Shown here in pieces: positions 1-12,375 of a stretch of DNA of 64,000 nt; positions within the stretch are counted from its first letter, which is position 1, and each line of letters starts with the position of its first letter. A program made the position numbers and the translations under genes. The notes under the pieces were generated by a model. The model was not told where the DNA came from. It did no database searches and was given only the letters and a program-made list of their open reading frames with translations. Where the stretch lies: NCBI GenBank assembly GCA_050084515.1, contig CM114271.1:13950001-14014000 (forward strand), given 5' to 3'. This DNA is from Blasia pusilla (lineage: Eukaryota).

Positions 1-2263
1 TTGGTGTGCAACAGACAAAGGTAGAGGCTATTTCATGCATTCCATTCCCTACAAATGTGAGTCAGGTTCGTGTATTCATGGGATTGGCTAACTTCTATCG
101 ACGGTACGTCAAGGGTTCAGTAAGATTGCAAAGCCACTGACCTTGCTGACCAAGGTGGATCATGAGTGACACTAGGGGGATGAGCAGGAGAGAGCATTTC
201 ATCTGCTCAAGGAGAGATTGACGTGCGCGCCCATATTGAGGAGACCGAGCAAGGAGCGTCCTTTCTAGTTGCATACCGATTGGAGCACGTTGGGGCTTGG
301 AGCTGTGCTCACCCAACATGACAATGATGGTAGAGAGTTCATGGTGATTTACGCTAGTCACTCGAACAACACTATAGAGGTGAAGTATATCTTGTATGAG
401 GGTGAGTGCTTGGGTGCAATGTGGGATGTTGCACATTTCAGGTATTATTTATTTGGCAATCCCTTTACCGTCATTACAAATCATCAACCACTTAAGTGGT
501 TGATGGAGTCCAACAAGCTTACAAGAAAGCTTGCAAGATGTGCTCTGTTGTTGCAGGAGTATGATTTCCAGGTGGTGCATAGACTTGGGACGCTCAACCA
601 AGATGCAAATGGGTTAAGCTGTACCCCATGCCCGAGTGAGCGAGATGCGACTGGAGCTCGTTGGCATAGTGAGAGTGATGAGGAGTTGCTGCCCAGATGC
701 CACGCGTCAGCCTATTTGGGCTTGTTGGCTATAGAGAGCCAGATTTTTGAGACTTCGATGGCGAGGTGTGATGGAGAGTCCTTAGATCCACAGGCCGGTG
801 AGGATCCGACAGGTAGCCGAGAAGTTCACGACGATGGAGTGGTCTTGGAGTACTTGCGTACTGGTAGTGTCATGAGCACAATGGGTGCTAGAGAGCGGGA
901 TCCGATCCTATAGCGAGCCAGACAATTTCGGTGGGAGGAGACACATGTGTTGCAAGTCTGGGAGGATGGTAGAGTACGTGTAGTGCCTCATCCTTCACAA
1001 AGAGCATTTTTGGTGCGTGATGCCCACAAGGAGTTGGATCATTTTGGAGTGAAGCGGACATACAACTTGCTCCACAAACAGTATTGGTGGCGAGGCATGC
1101 AGAGTGATGTTCAACAGTTTGTTGCCATGGGCATGGTTTTTGATCGGGTCCGGACCTCGTTCAATGCTCCGACTCCAAAGTTGCATCCACTTCTCATCAT
1201 GGATTTAGGTTATAGATGGAGTTTGGATTTTTCATGACCTTTACCTTTGACGGAGCACCATAGTCTTTATGTGTTGGTGATGGTCGAGCACTTCTCAACG
1301 TGGATAGAGTTGGTTGCATTTCTTGACAAAGCGAGTGAGGGAGTAGTGTATGCCTTCGTAGATCGAGTGCTAAGTCATTACGGCACGCCAACCGAGGTGT
1401 TGACAGACCAGGGTACGGAGTTTCATGGGGATTTTTAGGCCTTGTGTGATTAGGCGTTGATCGACCACCGCACCACTTCGCGAGATCATCCTAAGGCAGA
1501 TGGACTAGCGGAGAAGGTTGTGCAGACGATGAAGAGAGGATTACGCAAGTATGGCTTGCAGAGAGGTCACCTAGGAGATTGGGACCTCCAATTGTCGTGG
1601 TTGGCGATGGGATACACATTCAACATGCAGGCATCCTTAGTGTCTTTCTCACCGTATTTGCTACTTTATGGACGAGAGTCGGATTTACCTGCAGCCATTC
1701 GTCGAGATGTTGGTGAGGTATTGAACCTTGATGACCCTGATGTATGGATGCGAGCATCTTCTCATAGGGTTGACTTGTTTCGAAGAGTGATGCCCATGGC
1801 GTTTGAGAACTTGGCGATTGCATTGCATCGGGATACGCTGAGGTATGCGACTATTCGAGGAGGTGGTTATCGACCTACTATCCGAAGGTTTCATCAAGGA
1901 GACTATATCTACTTGCAGCAGACGGCATCCATGACTTTGGATGTTACTCTAGGGCACACCATCTTGAGAGTGTGTGAGATTCTGCCATCTGGTGTTCTCT
2001 TACTGGAGGGACGCAATGGTATGGTTTGGAAGGACCATGTGCATAACTGTGCGCCATGTCACCTTCCTAAAATTGACGGTATAGTTTATCCAAGCTTAGC
2101 TGTAGTTCCTGCAGGCTTGCGATGTGTGTTGTGTGGTTCTGCCCGTGGTGCAGCCACTATGCTAGTCTGTGATGGATGTTTGAGAGGATGGCATATGGCA
2201 TGTCTGACGCCACCTCTCACTAGGATTCCTCAGGGACAATGGATGTGTCCCAAATGTACATAG
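1..2263 (+). pseudogene. Ty3/gypsy pol 3' part (end of RT, RNase H, integrase, C-terminal PHD finger), disrupted; 5' part lies outside the window
   Basis: ORFs 269-913, 947-1237, 1247-1438 and 1457-2263 are all one frame broken by in-frame stops. RNase H motifs: LHTDWS..GLGAVLTQ, EGECL, ITNHQPLKWL, LLLQEYDF. Integrase: H..H FGVKRT, WSLDF, LTDQGTEF, GLAEK. The order RH then IN is gypsy. C4HC3 PHD at 2123-2260. Confidence 0.93.
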
Positions 2264-2445
2264 AGTAGGTAGTTATAGATTCCGACTTGTGTTTATGATA
2301 TGGATGACAAGAAGGCGACTAACGATAGGGCCACATGAGCGCCTGGCTTTTTTGCTCTTAGCGTCCGACAGATGTATGTCATGGTAGGTGAGGATAGATG
2401 GCTATCTGGAGTTAGAGGGACCTAACCACCAATTAGGGGGGCGAT

Positions 2446-3175
2446 TGGAGATATTTTGGTACTTCTCGTCTCGTTGTTTGATGCCATGAGTTAGCATTGG
2501 ATCGTGCGTGTTTGTGTGTATGTTCGGTGACAGCGATGTATATTTTGTAGCGATGTGTATGCGCATGATAGCTGTCACGTCTTTTAGGAGAGATTGGAAA
2601 AATCTAGTAGAGCGCCTTTGGAGATAGGGTAGCCTCAAGAGATCGAGGATGACCTATTGAGGCCACGGGTAACCAAAAAGACCACGTTTCCCCTTCGTTT
2701 CGGCTCATTTGGAGCCATATAGAGAACTTGCTATTTCTGAAAAGTTTCCATTTAGAATTCAGTTGACTTTCTACTTTGGGAAGTGGCCCTTGACCCACTA
2801 CATCAGGTCAAGAGCCAAGGAGATGACGTGCGAGCATAAGTTATCGAGGAGAGAGCTTGGGAGAGGGAAGGGGATATACCTCCAAGAGAAAGAGCTCTCA
2901 AGCTCATTCTCTCTTTGTTGAACCTCTTGGCATGAGGCGGCGGAGCTATGGTCTTCTTTTCCTTGTGTGTGTAACCCAAACCTCTCATTAGGAGAGTGGG
3001 TTTGGTTTAACATGAGAGAGAGTGCACACCATGGAGAGCTTGGTGTGAGATGTTGAGAGAGATTTCATTGATTTATTGGAGATATTTTCATACTTCTCGT
3101 CTTGTTGGTTGGATGCCATGAGCTAGGATGGGATCGTGCGTGTTTTTATGTATGTTTGGTGACAGCGATGTATAT
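2446..3175 (+). repeat. 3' LTR-like unit 1 of the gypsy element (A-B-A' structure)
   Basis: Follows the PPT-like AGGGGGGCGA and starts TGGAGAT. The first ~125 bp (2446-2570) recur, truncated, from 3077. Confidence 0.7.
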
Positions 3176-3212
3176 GCTCAAGAAAGACCTAACCACCAGC
3201 TAGAGGAGCGAT

Positions 3213-4137
3213 TGGAGATATTTTTGTACTTCTCGTCTCGATGTTTGGATACCATCAATTAGCATGAGATTGTGGGTGTTTGTGTGTAAGTTTGGTAACA
3301 ATGATGTATGTTGTGTAGCGATGTGTATGCGCACGACAACTGTCACGTCTTTTAGGATACATAGATGAGATCTAGTAGAAATCCTTCGCACGTAGTGTAG
3401 GACAGTCTCAAGAGGTCGAGCATGACTGTTAAGGCCACGGGTAAACTGAGAGAGCATATTTCTCCTTCGTTTTGGATCATTTGGAGTCATATATAAAAAC
3501 TTACTATTTTTGGTAAGTTCCCATTTGGCTCTAGTTGAATTTCCACTTTGGGAATTTTTCTTGAAATTTTGCAAGTCTAGATAAATCTAAAGGACCTACT
3601 TTTCTTACAATTTTTGAAAAAAAGGATTTTTTGAATTAGAATAGGGTACTTATCTTCATAGACAAAGAGCAAAGAAAAATTGTTGTCAAGAAATGTAATT
3701 AAGATGAAGCAGGTTTGAAGATCTTGACCCACTACAGCAGGTCAAGAGCCAATGAGATAACCAGCACGCATAAGTTACTATGGAGAGAGCTTGGGAGAGG
3801 GAAGCGGATATACCTCCAAGAGAGAGAGCTTGAGAGCTGATTCTCTCTTTGTTGAACCTCTTGGCATGAGGCGGCAAAGCTCTCATCTTCCTTGCCTTGC
3901 GTGTGTAAACCAAGCCTCTCATTAGGAGAATGGATTGAGAGAGAGAGAGAGAGAGAGAAATTTGTGCACATTTGTGAGATCTTGTTGATGGAGAGATCTA
4001 CTTGATTTAATTGGAGTTATTTTCGTACTCCGCATCTCGATGTTTGGATGTCATGAGCTAGCATGGGATTGTGCGTGTTTTTGTATGTGTTTGGTGATAG
4101 CGATATATGTTGTCTAGCAATGTGTATGTGCCCGACA
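3213..4137 (+). repeat. LTR-like unit 2 (A-B-A), diverged tandem copy of unit 1
   Basis: Preceded by a copy of the PPT region (gacctaaccacc..agaggagcga). TG...CA ends. A repeats at 3213-3338 and 4012-4137; the B part matches 2571-3076 with an extra internal segment. Confidence 0.7.
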
Positions 4138-4139
4138 AA

Positions 4140-4740
4140 GAGAGCCAGATTTGTTGTCAACTACTTAACGAGATGTGGCGTAGGTACTTGACCTCGACGA
4201 TCCACATGTATTGATGCGAACATGTTTTCAACATGCTAAGCTCTTTCATAGCGTTATGCCTATGGCATTTGAGATCTTAGCTATTGCTTAGCATCGCAGT
4301 AGTTTTAAGTACGCGACTACGTGTGGAGGAGGCCATTGACCATAGATTTGGAAACTCCATGCTGACGATTATATCTATCTATTAAAGACGGTGCCGAAGA
4401 TATTAGACGTGCCAACGGGATGTACTACTCTCCAAGTACGAGAGTTTTTCCTTCAGGAGTCCTTATTTTAGAGGATAATGATAATACAATTTGGAAGGTT
4501 CATACGCATAACTATATGTAATGTCATCTTCTGAACGTGGATGAGATTATTGATCCGAGTTTGGAAATTATTACTACAAGCTAGAGATGTATGTTGTATA
4601 GGTCTGCTAGAGGAGCAACAGAATGCTAGTTTGAATGGAAATTCTCGTTGATGTCATATCTCTTGTTTGGCAGTGTCTCTTGACTTGGTTGCTCAAGGAC
4701 GTAAGCTTTATCCCAAATGCACATAGATATGATAAGTAGA
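4140..4740 (+). pseudogene. Highly decayed gypsy integrase C-terminus/PHD fragment
   Basis: Colinear similarity to ~1675-2260 (e.g. atgcctatggcatttgag, ggaggaggc, tctgctagaggagca, atgctagtttg). Confidence 0.75.
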
Positions 4741-4849
4741 TTAGATGATGACACTTGTTGTTCTTAATTGCAAGAAGGTGACTAATGATGAAGCAACATA
4801 TCACCTGATCTCCTAATCTAGATCCGAAAATGTGCATACCATTTAGACT

Positions 4850-5131
4850 TGTTTTGTAGGCTATTCAGAATTAGAGGAACCTCCCAAAATAGGAAAATAC
4901 AAGACCTATATAAGACCTCGGTATTCTCACGCTCTACGCCTGATTTCTCATTATAATAATCGCGCGAATAGATATCGTTACCACCATACATCGACTATCA
5001 TACACACAAGTCTAAGGTCTATCTAACCGTGAATCTTAACATATCTACACATGAACAATGGGACAACCCCAATCACTACCCTAACTAGTAGTTAGTTACC
5101 TCTAGTTAGTATAATATTTATTCACACAACA
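4850..5131 (-). repeat. Putative LTR of an unrelated family, with an adjacent PPT
   Basis: On the minus strand the purine tract AAGGAGGAG precedes TGTTG; the unit ends AAACA and contains a TATATA box. Confidence 0.4.
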
Positions 5132-5700
5132 ATACTCCTCCTTATCTAGCAAGTATTTGACAATATTTACCTCCATAAACACTAATTTGACATATCATGC
5201 AAAGTTCAAAAGACTAATGCCCTCTAATGAGGCAAAGTACATTTCTGTTAAATGAAAGAAAACTTATGTCCAGAAATAATTATGATAAAGATGACCAATT
5301 CAAGGAAATTTGTAAGAAATAAAACCTTCCAAATTAATCTGTAATCATTACGAATGCCCTTCTCCGGCTGAAAAAATATAGGTGTGCTCTAATTACCTAC
5401 TCATATGTCCTGTAAGAGGTCTATCCACAATCGGCATCTCCAATTGGAAATTTGAGGTGCATTATCCTCTTGGGGACTTTTGTTCAAAAACTTGAACTTT
5501 CCGCAATTAGATGATGACTTGATCCTTTTTCTTTACTTGTTTCCTTTTCTTTTAAGTTACTTAGACGTCTAATATTTGTACCCACACTAACTACATTTCT
5601 CACTTTTCGCTACATTCCTCATAAAAAAGCATACATTTCAGAGAAAAACCCACGGAAGTGAGGTAACACCCCACCGACTCTCTCAGGTAAAATTGTGTCG

Positions 5701-5960
5701 AGAGTCTGTACTACTGTAGACAGTTAGAGTCGGAATGGTATCTTAGTAAGAACGACAGCTCTCATAGGAAAGCATTTTAGATGAATTTCATACCCATACA
5801 AGTTAAATGAGGAAGGGGTGTTACATTTGAATTAAGAGTCTATACTGTAAACAGTTCGAGTCTGAATGGTATCTTAGTAAGAACAAAAGCTCTCATACGA
5901 AAGCATTTTAGATGAATTTCATACCCTTACAAGTTTAGTGAGGATTTGGTGTTACATTTA
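5701..5960. repeat. Tandem duplication, ~134-bp period, 2 copies
   Basis: agagtc...gaatggtatcttagtaagaac...aagcattttagatgaatttcataccc...ggtgttacattt occurs at 5701 and again at 5835. Confidence 0.9.
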
Positions 5961-6664
5961 ATACCGCTACGAGGGGCTGAGTATGGATATTGAACCATCT
6001 CCTTTCCCTTCCCATGTGATACTCTTCTCCCACTACCTTGGATCATGAGAGTCTATGCCAAAATACCAAAATCCTCTAGGATTACTGTCCCAAGGATAGA
6101 ATTCTGATATTGTCGAGCAGTAGAGACTCGCGAAGATAATTTGAGGGTGAATTTCCCTGTCAAGACACAAGGACTGTCCATTCACAATCTTAACTCCTGC
6201 TTTTGAAAGTCAACCCGTACCTAATTCTTCACATACCACTCTCGTCGTGGGAGATACTTGTCCTATGGTTGCATCCTGACAAATTGGCATGAGGAGAGAA
6301 ATGCTTCTCTACATGGACTTCGCACCAGAGCTTAGTTCTGATGGGGCGGTTTCATTTCACCTATTTGATGGGGTGAGTGCTTTAGTTTTGCCTGTTTGGC
6401 ACTTGCTTAATATCAGGAAGTTAGATAAGGATGATTCCGCAGGACACATGTAAAAATCCTGGTCCATGTAATTGAAACGTAGATCTCATAACCTCACTTG
6501 AAACCTCAAAGTTACCATGTGGGGATTCCTACATCATGGACAGATAGCCTTGATATTTGACCATCAGGCATGACAGGCAGCACGGAAATTTCAAACTTAG
6601 GCTTACAAAAGGCCTTGATTGGAGTAGGAGAAAGGGAGAAAACTTTTGCCTTAGGAGTGCAGGT

Positions 6665-9600
6665 CTAAGAGGGCAATCTTGGCCCAATAACCTTAGGTGA
6701 CCTGGATGGTACTCTACTAACAGGAGGTGACTTAATATCCTTAAGAGCTTCAGCTTCTGCAAGCGCTCGTGTTGCTTCGGCTCTCCACTCAGCTTGACGT
6801 TGTGCTTCAGCTGTTGGCAATCCTAGCTACCACATACACTCATCCTTCAACATAGCACACAGACGAACACAATTTCAAAGAGACACTGCATCAATCTCAT
6901 AAATAAAGCAAAGGAGGAAACCATTGGGGATTCACGTTCATCTGCAGGAGTCAGCAGAACTCAAATCTGAGGTTAGTTATTGGCTGCAGTGTTCAGAGGT
7001 ATGTCATTACTTATGCAGAGTACTAGTATTTTTCAAATACATGAAGACAAAGTAAATGAATGGGTTAAGGTTGAGAAGATCACCGCAACCCGGAAGGCAT
7101 CCATCCGTGCATTTTCACGCTCTTCGATGCTTGCAAGCTTCTTTCCTGCAGCTACTGTCCTCTCTAACCTCTGTACAAAACAAAACATCTTTCAGCTTTG
7201 ACACTGCAAATGCTTCTTGTTTCTTTCCTCAATCTGCAATGAACACCATCGCTTCATGAGGACAGTCTGCTAACAATCTGTAATTTCCGGTAGACATTAC
7301 AGATTTTGAGAAACAAAGCCCTAATTATGACAAAATGAACAAGTTCAGGTTGAAAATGAAATCATATAGAGGGTAGAAAATGTTTGAAATGACAAAAAAA
7401 ATACTCCCCTCAGGGTTGTAGCATTTGACTCCAACCTTGACATTTGACTCCCAAAGAAACATGACTTATACACTAATACTTTTGAAGTGAGGGTAGGCGT
7501 ATCACCGATTTCTCTGCCCGCAACTTCTTCTTTTCCCTTTGCATGCCAAAACCAACCATACATTAGTCACTTAACAGCAAAATGATGTTTCATCTTGCGA
7601 TGTTGAACTCCTAAAAGTTTGCATCTAGTAGAAGCTAGAAGTAAATGTGGGCACTCAGCATCCCTATGTACACTTCTACAGTTTTTCCATTCAAACATTC
7701 AGCACCTCCACATCACTAGGAGAGCATCACCTCATACACTCCAGACAAGAATATCGACTGGAAGTTGGCTCCTAGCAGTGTTTCCATTCTTAAGTTTTGG
7801 ATAACAAGCATACCAACACCCATACCTCCAATCAACAGTACCATACAATCGTTGCATCTCCATTTGTTCATGCTTCTTCTTTTGAAACTCGCCACTAGCT
7901 AATTTGGCCTGTATACACTCAGAAACCGGATAATCAGATTCATCCTCAATGGTAAACACATACATACACATATAGGTGGATGGACAATTCATGCACAGAT
8001 ATTCTAGTAGAAAGACAAGCTGCACACCTTGGCCATCTCTACATTTCGCCAAACCAATGCTTTTTGCTGCATCTGCACCTCATTGATGGCCTATTCAAGT
8101 ACATCCAGTATATACATTAGTATACAAGAAATGACAGGAAGACAATTTGTAATCAACAACCCCGCATCATATACATATCAAGATACAGTTGAGATCAAAC
8201 ATGCTCTAAATCCTCATGCATCTGGCTGCTGCACTTACATTTCCTAAGTTCTACAGCTCCGTCACACATGCTACCTGGAGTTGAGACTTGGGCAGCAAAT
8301 GTGCTGCTGCTTCCTCCTTTTCAGTCACAACCTCTGTGTCTCGGCCTTTCTTTCTTCGCTTCTCTCTTCCATGTTTTTCTTTTTTCCTATGCCGCTTCCC
8401 ATGTTTTTCATCAGTTTCTCTTGGCTTTCTTCTCTTATCTCTTCTCTTCTCCTTGTCCTCTTTCTCTTTCCTCCGGGTAGACTTCCTCTCTCTCCCACGC
8501 ACCAGTCTTGACTTCCTGCAATGTTTGGACATGACTGAATTGGTTGAGCTTCTTCATATTAACACATATCACACTTACCTCACATCTACTCTGACAGCTT
8601 GACCTACCAAAGAATTGAGAGAAGGAAACTCAAGGAGGATAAAGCTTTCCCTTCCCATCTTACTAGACCTCCTCAGTGACGGAATGGTACTCTCCACAGA
8701 TAGGTAGAGTCTTACACAGATCTTCCAATAAGATAATTTTTGCAAAGGCGTGGTTTACATAGCATGGGGACAACAGCGCATGACGGCTCCAGTCTTGTGA
8801 AACCACCAGAGCTGATCATTCTCAACATACGCGAGACAACAAGATCCACGAACTGCTGCGGAATTGGATTCAATATTATTCAGCAGAATTGGATCTAAAT
8901 CAGAGCACGAGTTAATGTTGAAGAAGCACTGAAAAAAAGTGGGCAATCGATAATCAGGTGTTGATGAAATCATGTGACACGTAATTTTGGGAGAAGTCAG
9001 TCTTATGAAGAATGTTCCTTCCACTGGACCAGTACTCCCAGAAAAACCTTCATCACATGTACAAACAGAGCAAGACTAAACCATACATTGCGGAAGATAA
9101 CATGGCATTAGGAGAGGTAGTCATGAAAGAACATGTATCACCTTTGAGTCACATTGTCCTAAAAAAATTCTGAAAACCCAGAGGAAGGGAAAGGAGGGCC
9201 TCAACCTTCGGGCTTTTACTTACAGCCCTCTAGGGGTTTAGAGATAATGGGCGAAGATGATGGCATTGGAAAGCCCCAAAAGAACTGTTGGCTAAAATTT
9301 CTTACCGGAATGTTCCGTTAAACGCAGAAAAAGTGGGCTTCCAGAGCTAAAATTGCGGCTGGGCAGATACAGAATGCCTCGCAAATGACCATCTGCTCGT
9401 CAAGTTTCCTGAATGCGAGGCCTTCTCCACAAAGGGAAAGCACAAATCCGAACACAGACCGCAGGTAAATCACTCAAGGTGTGCAGACAGCGATTTGCAA
9501 AACTCTTACCGCTCAAATCCTTGTCGCTAAATTGGAGCATGGATTGTCCAAAGACGATGGGAATTGGGGCCGTAATCGCGGATGAACGAATGTAACTCAG

Positions 9601-9848
9601 AAAGCATACGAGAACACGAAATTCAAAAGACGGCAGAAGCAAGGGCCGAATTACCTGCGCTTCTCATCTTCATCAGAAGATCCGGAAGAAGAAGTTTCTT
9701 CTCTGGCAACCGGAATGGAACGCTTTCTCTTGGAGCAATGCCTCCTCGCATTTTCAGCACCAGAGCCCGAAGAAGACGAAGACGTTGCGGAGGACGTGAT
9801 ATCTGTCTCACTATCACTACACGACTTGTGATGATCACCTTCTTTCAT
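6665..9848 (-). CDS. Hypothetical Ser- and Lys/Arg-rich coiled-coil protein, ~286 aa, 7 coding exons
   Basis: Exons 9848-9655, 8515-8275, 8090-8028, 7908-7826, 7277-7247, 7170-7084, 6826-6665. All introns are GT-AG with consistent phases and give one open frame: MKEGDHH...basic tract...ARMDAFRVALGLP...VIGPRLPS*. Confidence 0.75.
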
Positions 9849-10399
9849 CTCAACACATGACCGAAAACCCTGGCGGATGGATGTTCAATTGCCGTCGATC
9901 CAGTTGTGCGACACCAACCGCTCAATTCTTCCGCCGACCATTTCAGACGGCGATCAAACGCATTAACGCCACCGCCGATTCCAATCCACAATCCCCCGCT
10001 TCATCTATTCCTCGCCCTTCGCCACAATCCACATCTCCAGCCCGCGAGAATCCCCCGAAGCAAACGGCTACAATTACTCTTTCTTACCCCAATAGTCGCC
10101 GCATCGCTTCACTTGTCCGACGTCGCCTCCTCATGATCCTCCCGCTCTCACTCGAGAGTTACTCCACAATCCCAATTTCTGGCTTCCGCTGCTCTTCAAC
10201 CTCCGCTTCCGCGGGATCTTGAAAGGAGAGGCAGAGTTTAGGGTGTTGGTGGCGGAGACACGACACTCATCCCTGCTACATTCGCCCTCATTCAATGCGC
10301 AACCCCCAGATAGCAACGATAAGATTACCATGTTTATTTTTCTTTTTCATCAATTCATTTTGTAATTAATTATGAGTTTGAGAAGAAATTAAAAAAATT

Positions 10400-10917
10400 G
10401 GATAATTATTATTATAAAAAGTAGTGGAGTTTAATTTTGATTGGTGAGATGATATTTATAAAAGAATGGCTTAATGGTAATTTTGTGTATTGATTAAAAT
10501 TTAAGAATAATTATTGTAGGAAAAAGTGGGATTTAATTTGATTGGTGAGGGTTATATTTACAAAAGAATGATTTAATGATGATTTTATGTATGTGAAAAA
10601 TGGATTAAAGTTTAGTAATAACTATTGTAGGAAGTAGTGAGATTTGATTTGATTGGTGAGGGTTTATGGGGGAGTCGTTTAGTGATGATTTTATGTATAT
10701 GAAGAGTGGGTTAAAACTTGGATAATAATTATTATAGGAAGTAGTGGGATTTAGTTTGATTGATGGGGATTACATTTTATGGGGGGAGTGGTTTAGTGGT
10801 GATTTTATATATGTGACGAGTGGGTTAAAAAAGAATTTCCACTCTTTAATTTATTTTTTTCTAATATTTTTTTGCAATAATATTTCTTTTTGTGCATAGC
10901 ACGGGCATGCTAACTAG
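10400..10917 (+). mobile_element. AT-rich ~105-110-bp tandem repeats (about 4 copies) ending in a Helitron-type 3' terminus
   Basis: Repeated ataattattgtaggaa.tagtggga.tt.atttgattggtgag units. Ends with hairpin gtgcatagcac followed by CTAG|T at 10914-10917. Confidence 0.6.
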
Positions 10918-11199
10918 TCCCTTGTATTCTTAGGCTTGTTCTCATGGAATCACCATCCATGAGCATATGTAGCATCTCCCTTCTGCATTGTGCCCTTCAC
11001 CTAGCTTTGAGTCCCTTCTTTTAATTCCCTAATACCATAATGAGTGAGGAAAGCTCATCATATAAATTTAATTCTTTTATTCGGTTATAACATTAATTCT
11101 TCTATTACATATGTCATCATGTGGGTCAAAATATACATGTAAACGCCATAGGGTCCTCGGATTCCATCCTCTTTTAATTATACTAGTATCCTCTTTTAA

Positions 11200-11397
11200 T
11201 CTATATTATTATGAGAGAGTGCCATTTTAATTTGCAAATACCTCTTTGCTTTTCACGTGGCAATTGGGCAGCAAAAAAATGATTCACATACTACATGTAG
11301 TAAGAAATCTCATCATTGATCTCTTCCCTGCACGGCCTATACACTAGCTCTTCAAACACTTTTTTATTTTCCGTGCATCGCACAGGCACCTTACTAG
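11200..11397 (+). mobile_element. Non-autonomous mini-Helitron (~198 bp)
   Basis: A|TCTATATT 5' end, subterminal hairpin gtgcatcgcac, CTAG|T 3' end, no TSD. A related copy lies at 58494-58688. Confidence 0.75.
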
Positions 11398-11402
11398 TTA
11401 TA

Positions 11403-12375
11403 CTAGTAAATTGCTCGTGTGATGCGCGGAAAATAAAAAAGTGTTAGAAGAATTTTTGTTAATGTAAAGACCGTGAAGGGAAGGTATGAATAATGTTGCA
11501 CATAAATTCCAAAAATAAGTTTATGTCCATAACATGTGAAACATTTTCTTGTTCTCCAATTGTCAAGTGTCAATAGAAGGGCCTTAAAAAAATATGTCAA
11601 TAATATTTTTGAAATTATGTTTCAATTTTGAAATTATTTTAATTTTAAATTATAATTATAATTTCCATTTTTTAAAATCTTAAAAGAGTAAGAAAATTTC
11701 ACCTTTAAATAATACCCATCGCCTCTAAATAATTTCACTCCTCCTTAAAAGATCGAAAAATTACTATTCTTCCTCTTCTACTCTTCCCTCCAAAATAACA
11801 TTCACTAACCAAAATCTTAGCTAGTTTTAGTTAACGAAATCATTTTCCTTTTCCATTCAAATTCATTTTCCTTTCCCAAAATATCACATGTGAATTAATA
11901 CCCTTATTTCTAAAAACAATCACGTTACTGATGAAAATTTTTAAATATATTTTCTATTTTCTAAAATCTTAGAGGAGTAATAACATTTCACTCTTCTTAG
12001 TAATTACAATTCCTCCATTCAAATTTAAATGATATCCCAATCCCCTAAGTAATTTTACCTTTCCATCAAATTTAAACAAAATCTACTCCTTCTCCATTTA
12101 AATTTATTTTCTCTTTCCATCAAATATGAATTTAGGCAAAAATTATAAATTTTTGGTTATTTATCATAATTATTATATTTTATTAATATCTATAATTACC
12201 CATTATAATATTAAATAAATTATTAATTTATTAATATATTTTCTTTCTATTCCACTCAAATCCCTATCCGTTCTTCTTCCCTATCTATTTCTACCCATCT
12301 AATATGGCTCAAGCAACAAAATTCAAACATGTTGCCTATTTTGTCTTATTGCCTCACGATCTTGTCGTATTATAC
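11403..12375 (-). mobile_element. Non-autonomous Helitron-like AT-rich element
   Basis: Degenerate hairpin plus CTAG 3' end on the minus strand at 11403. Reverse-complement homolog of 43740-44716. Confidence 0.7.
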
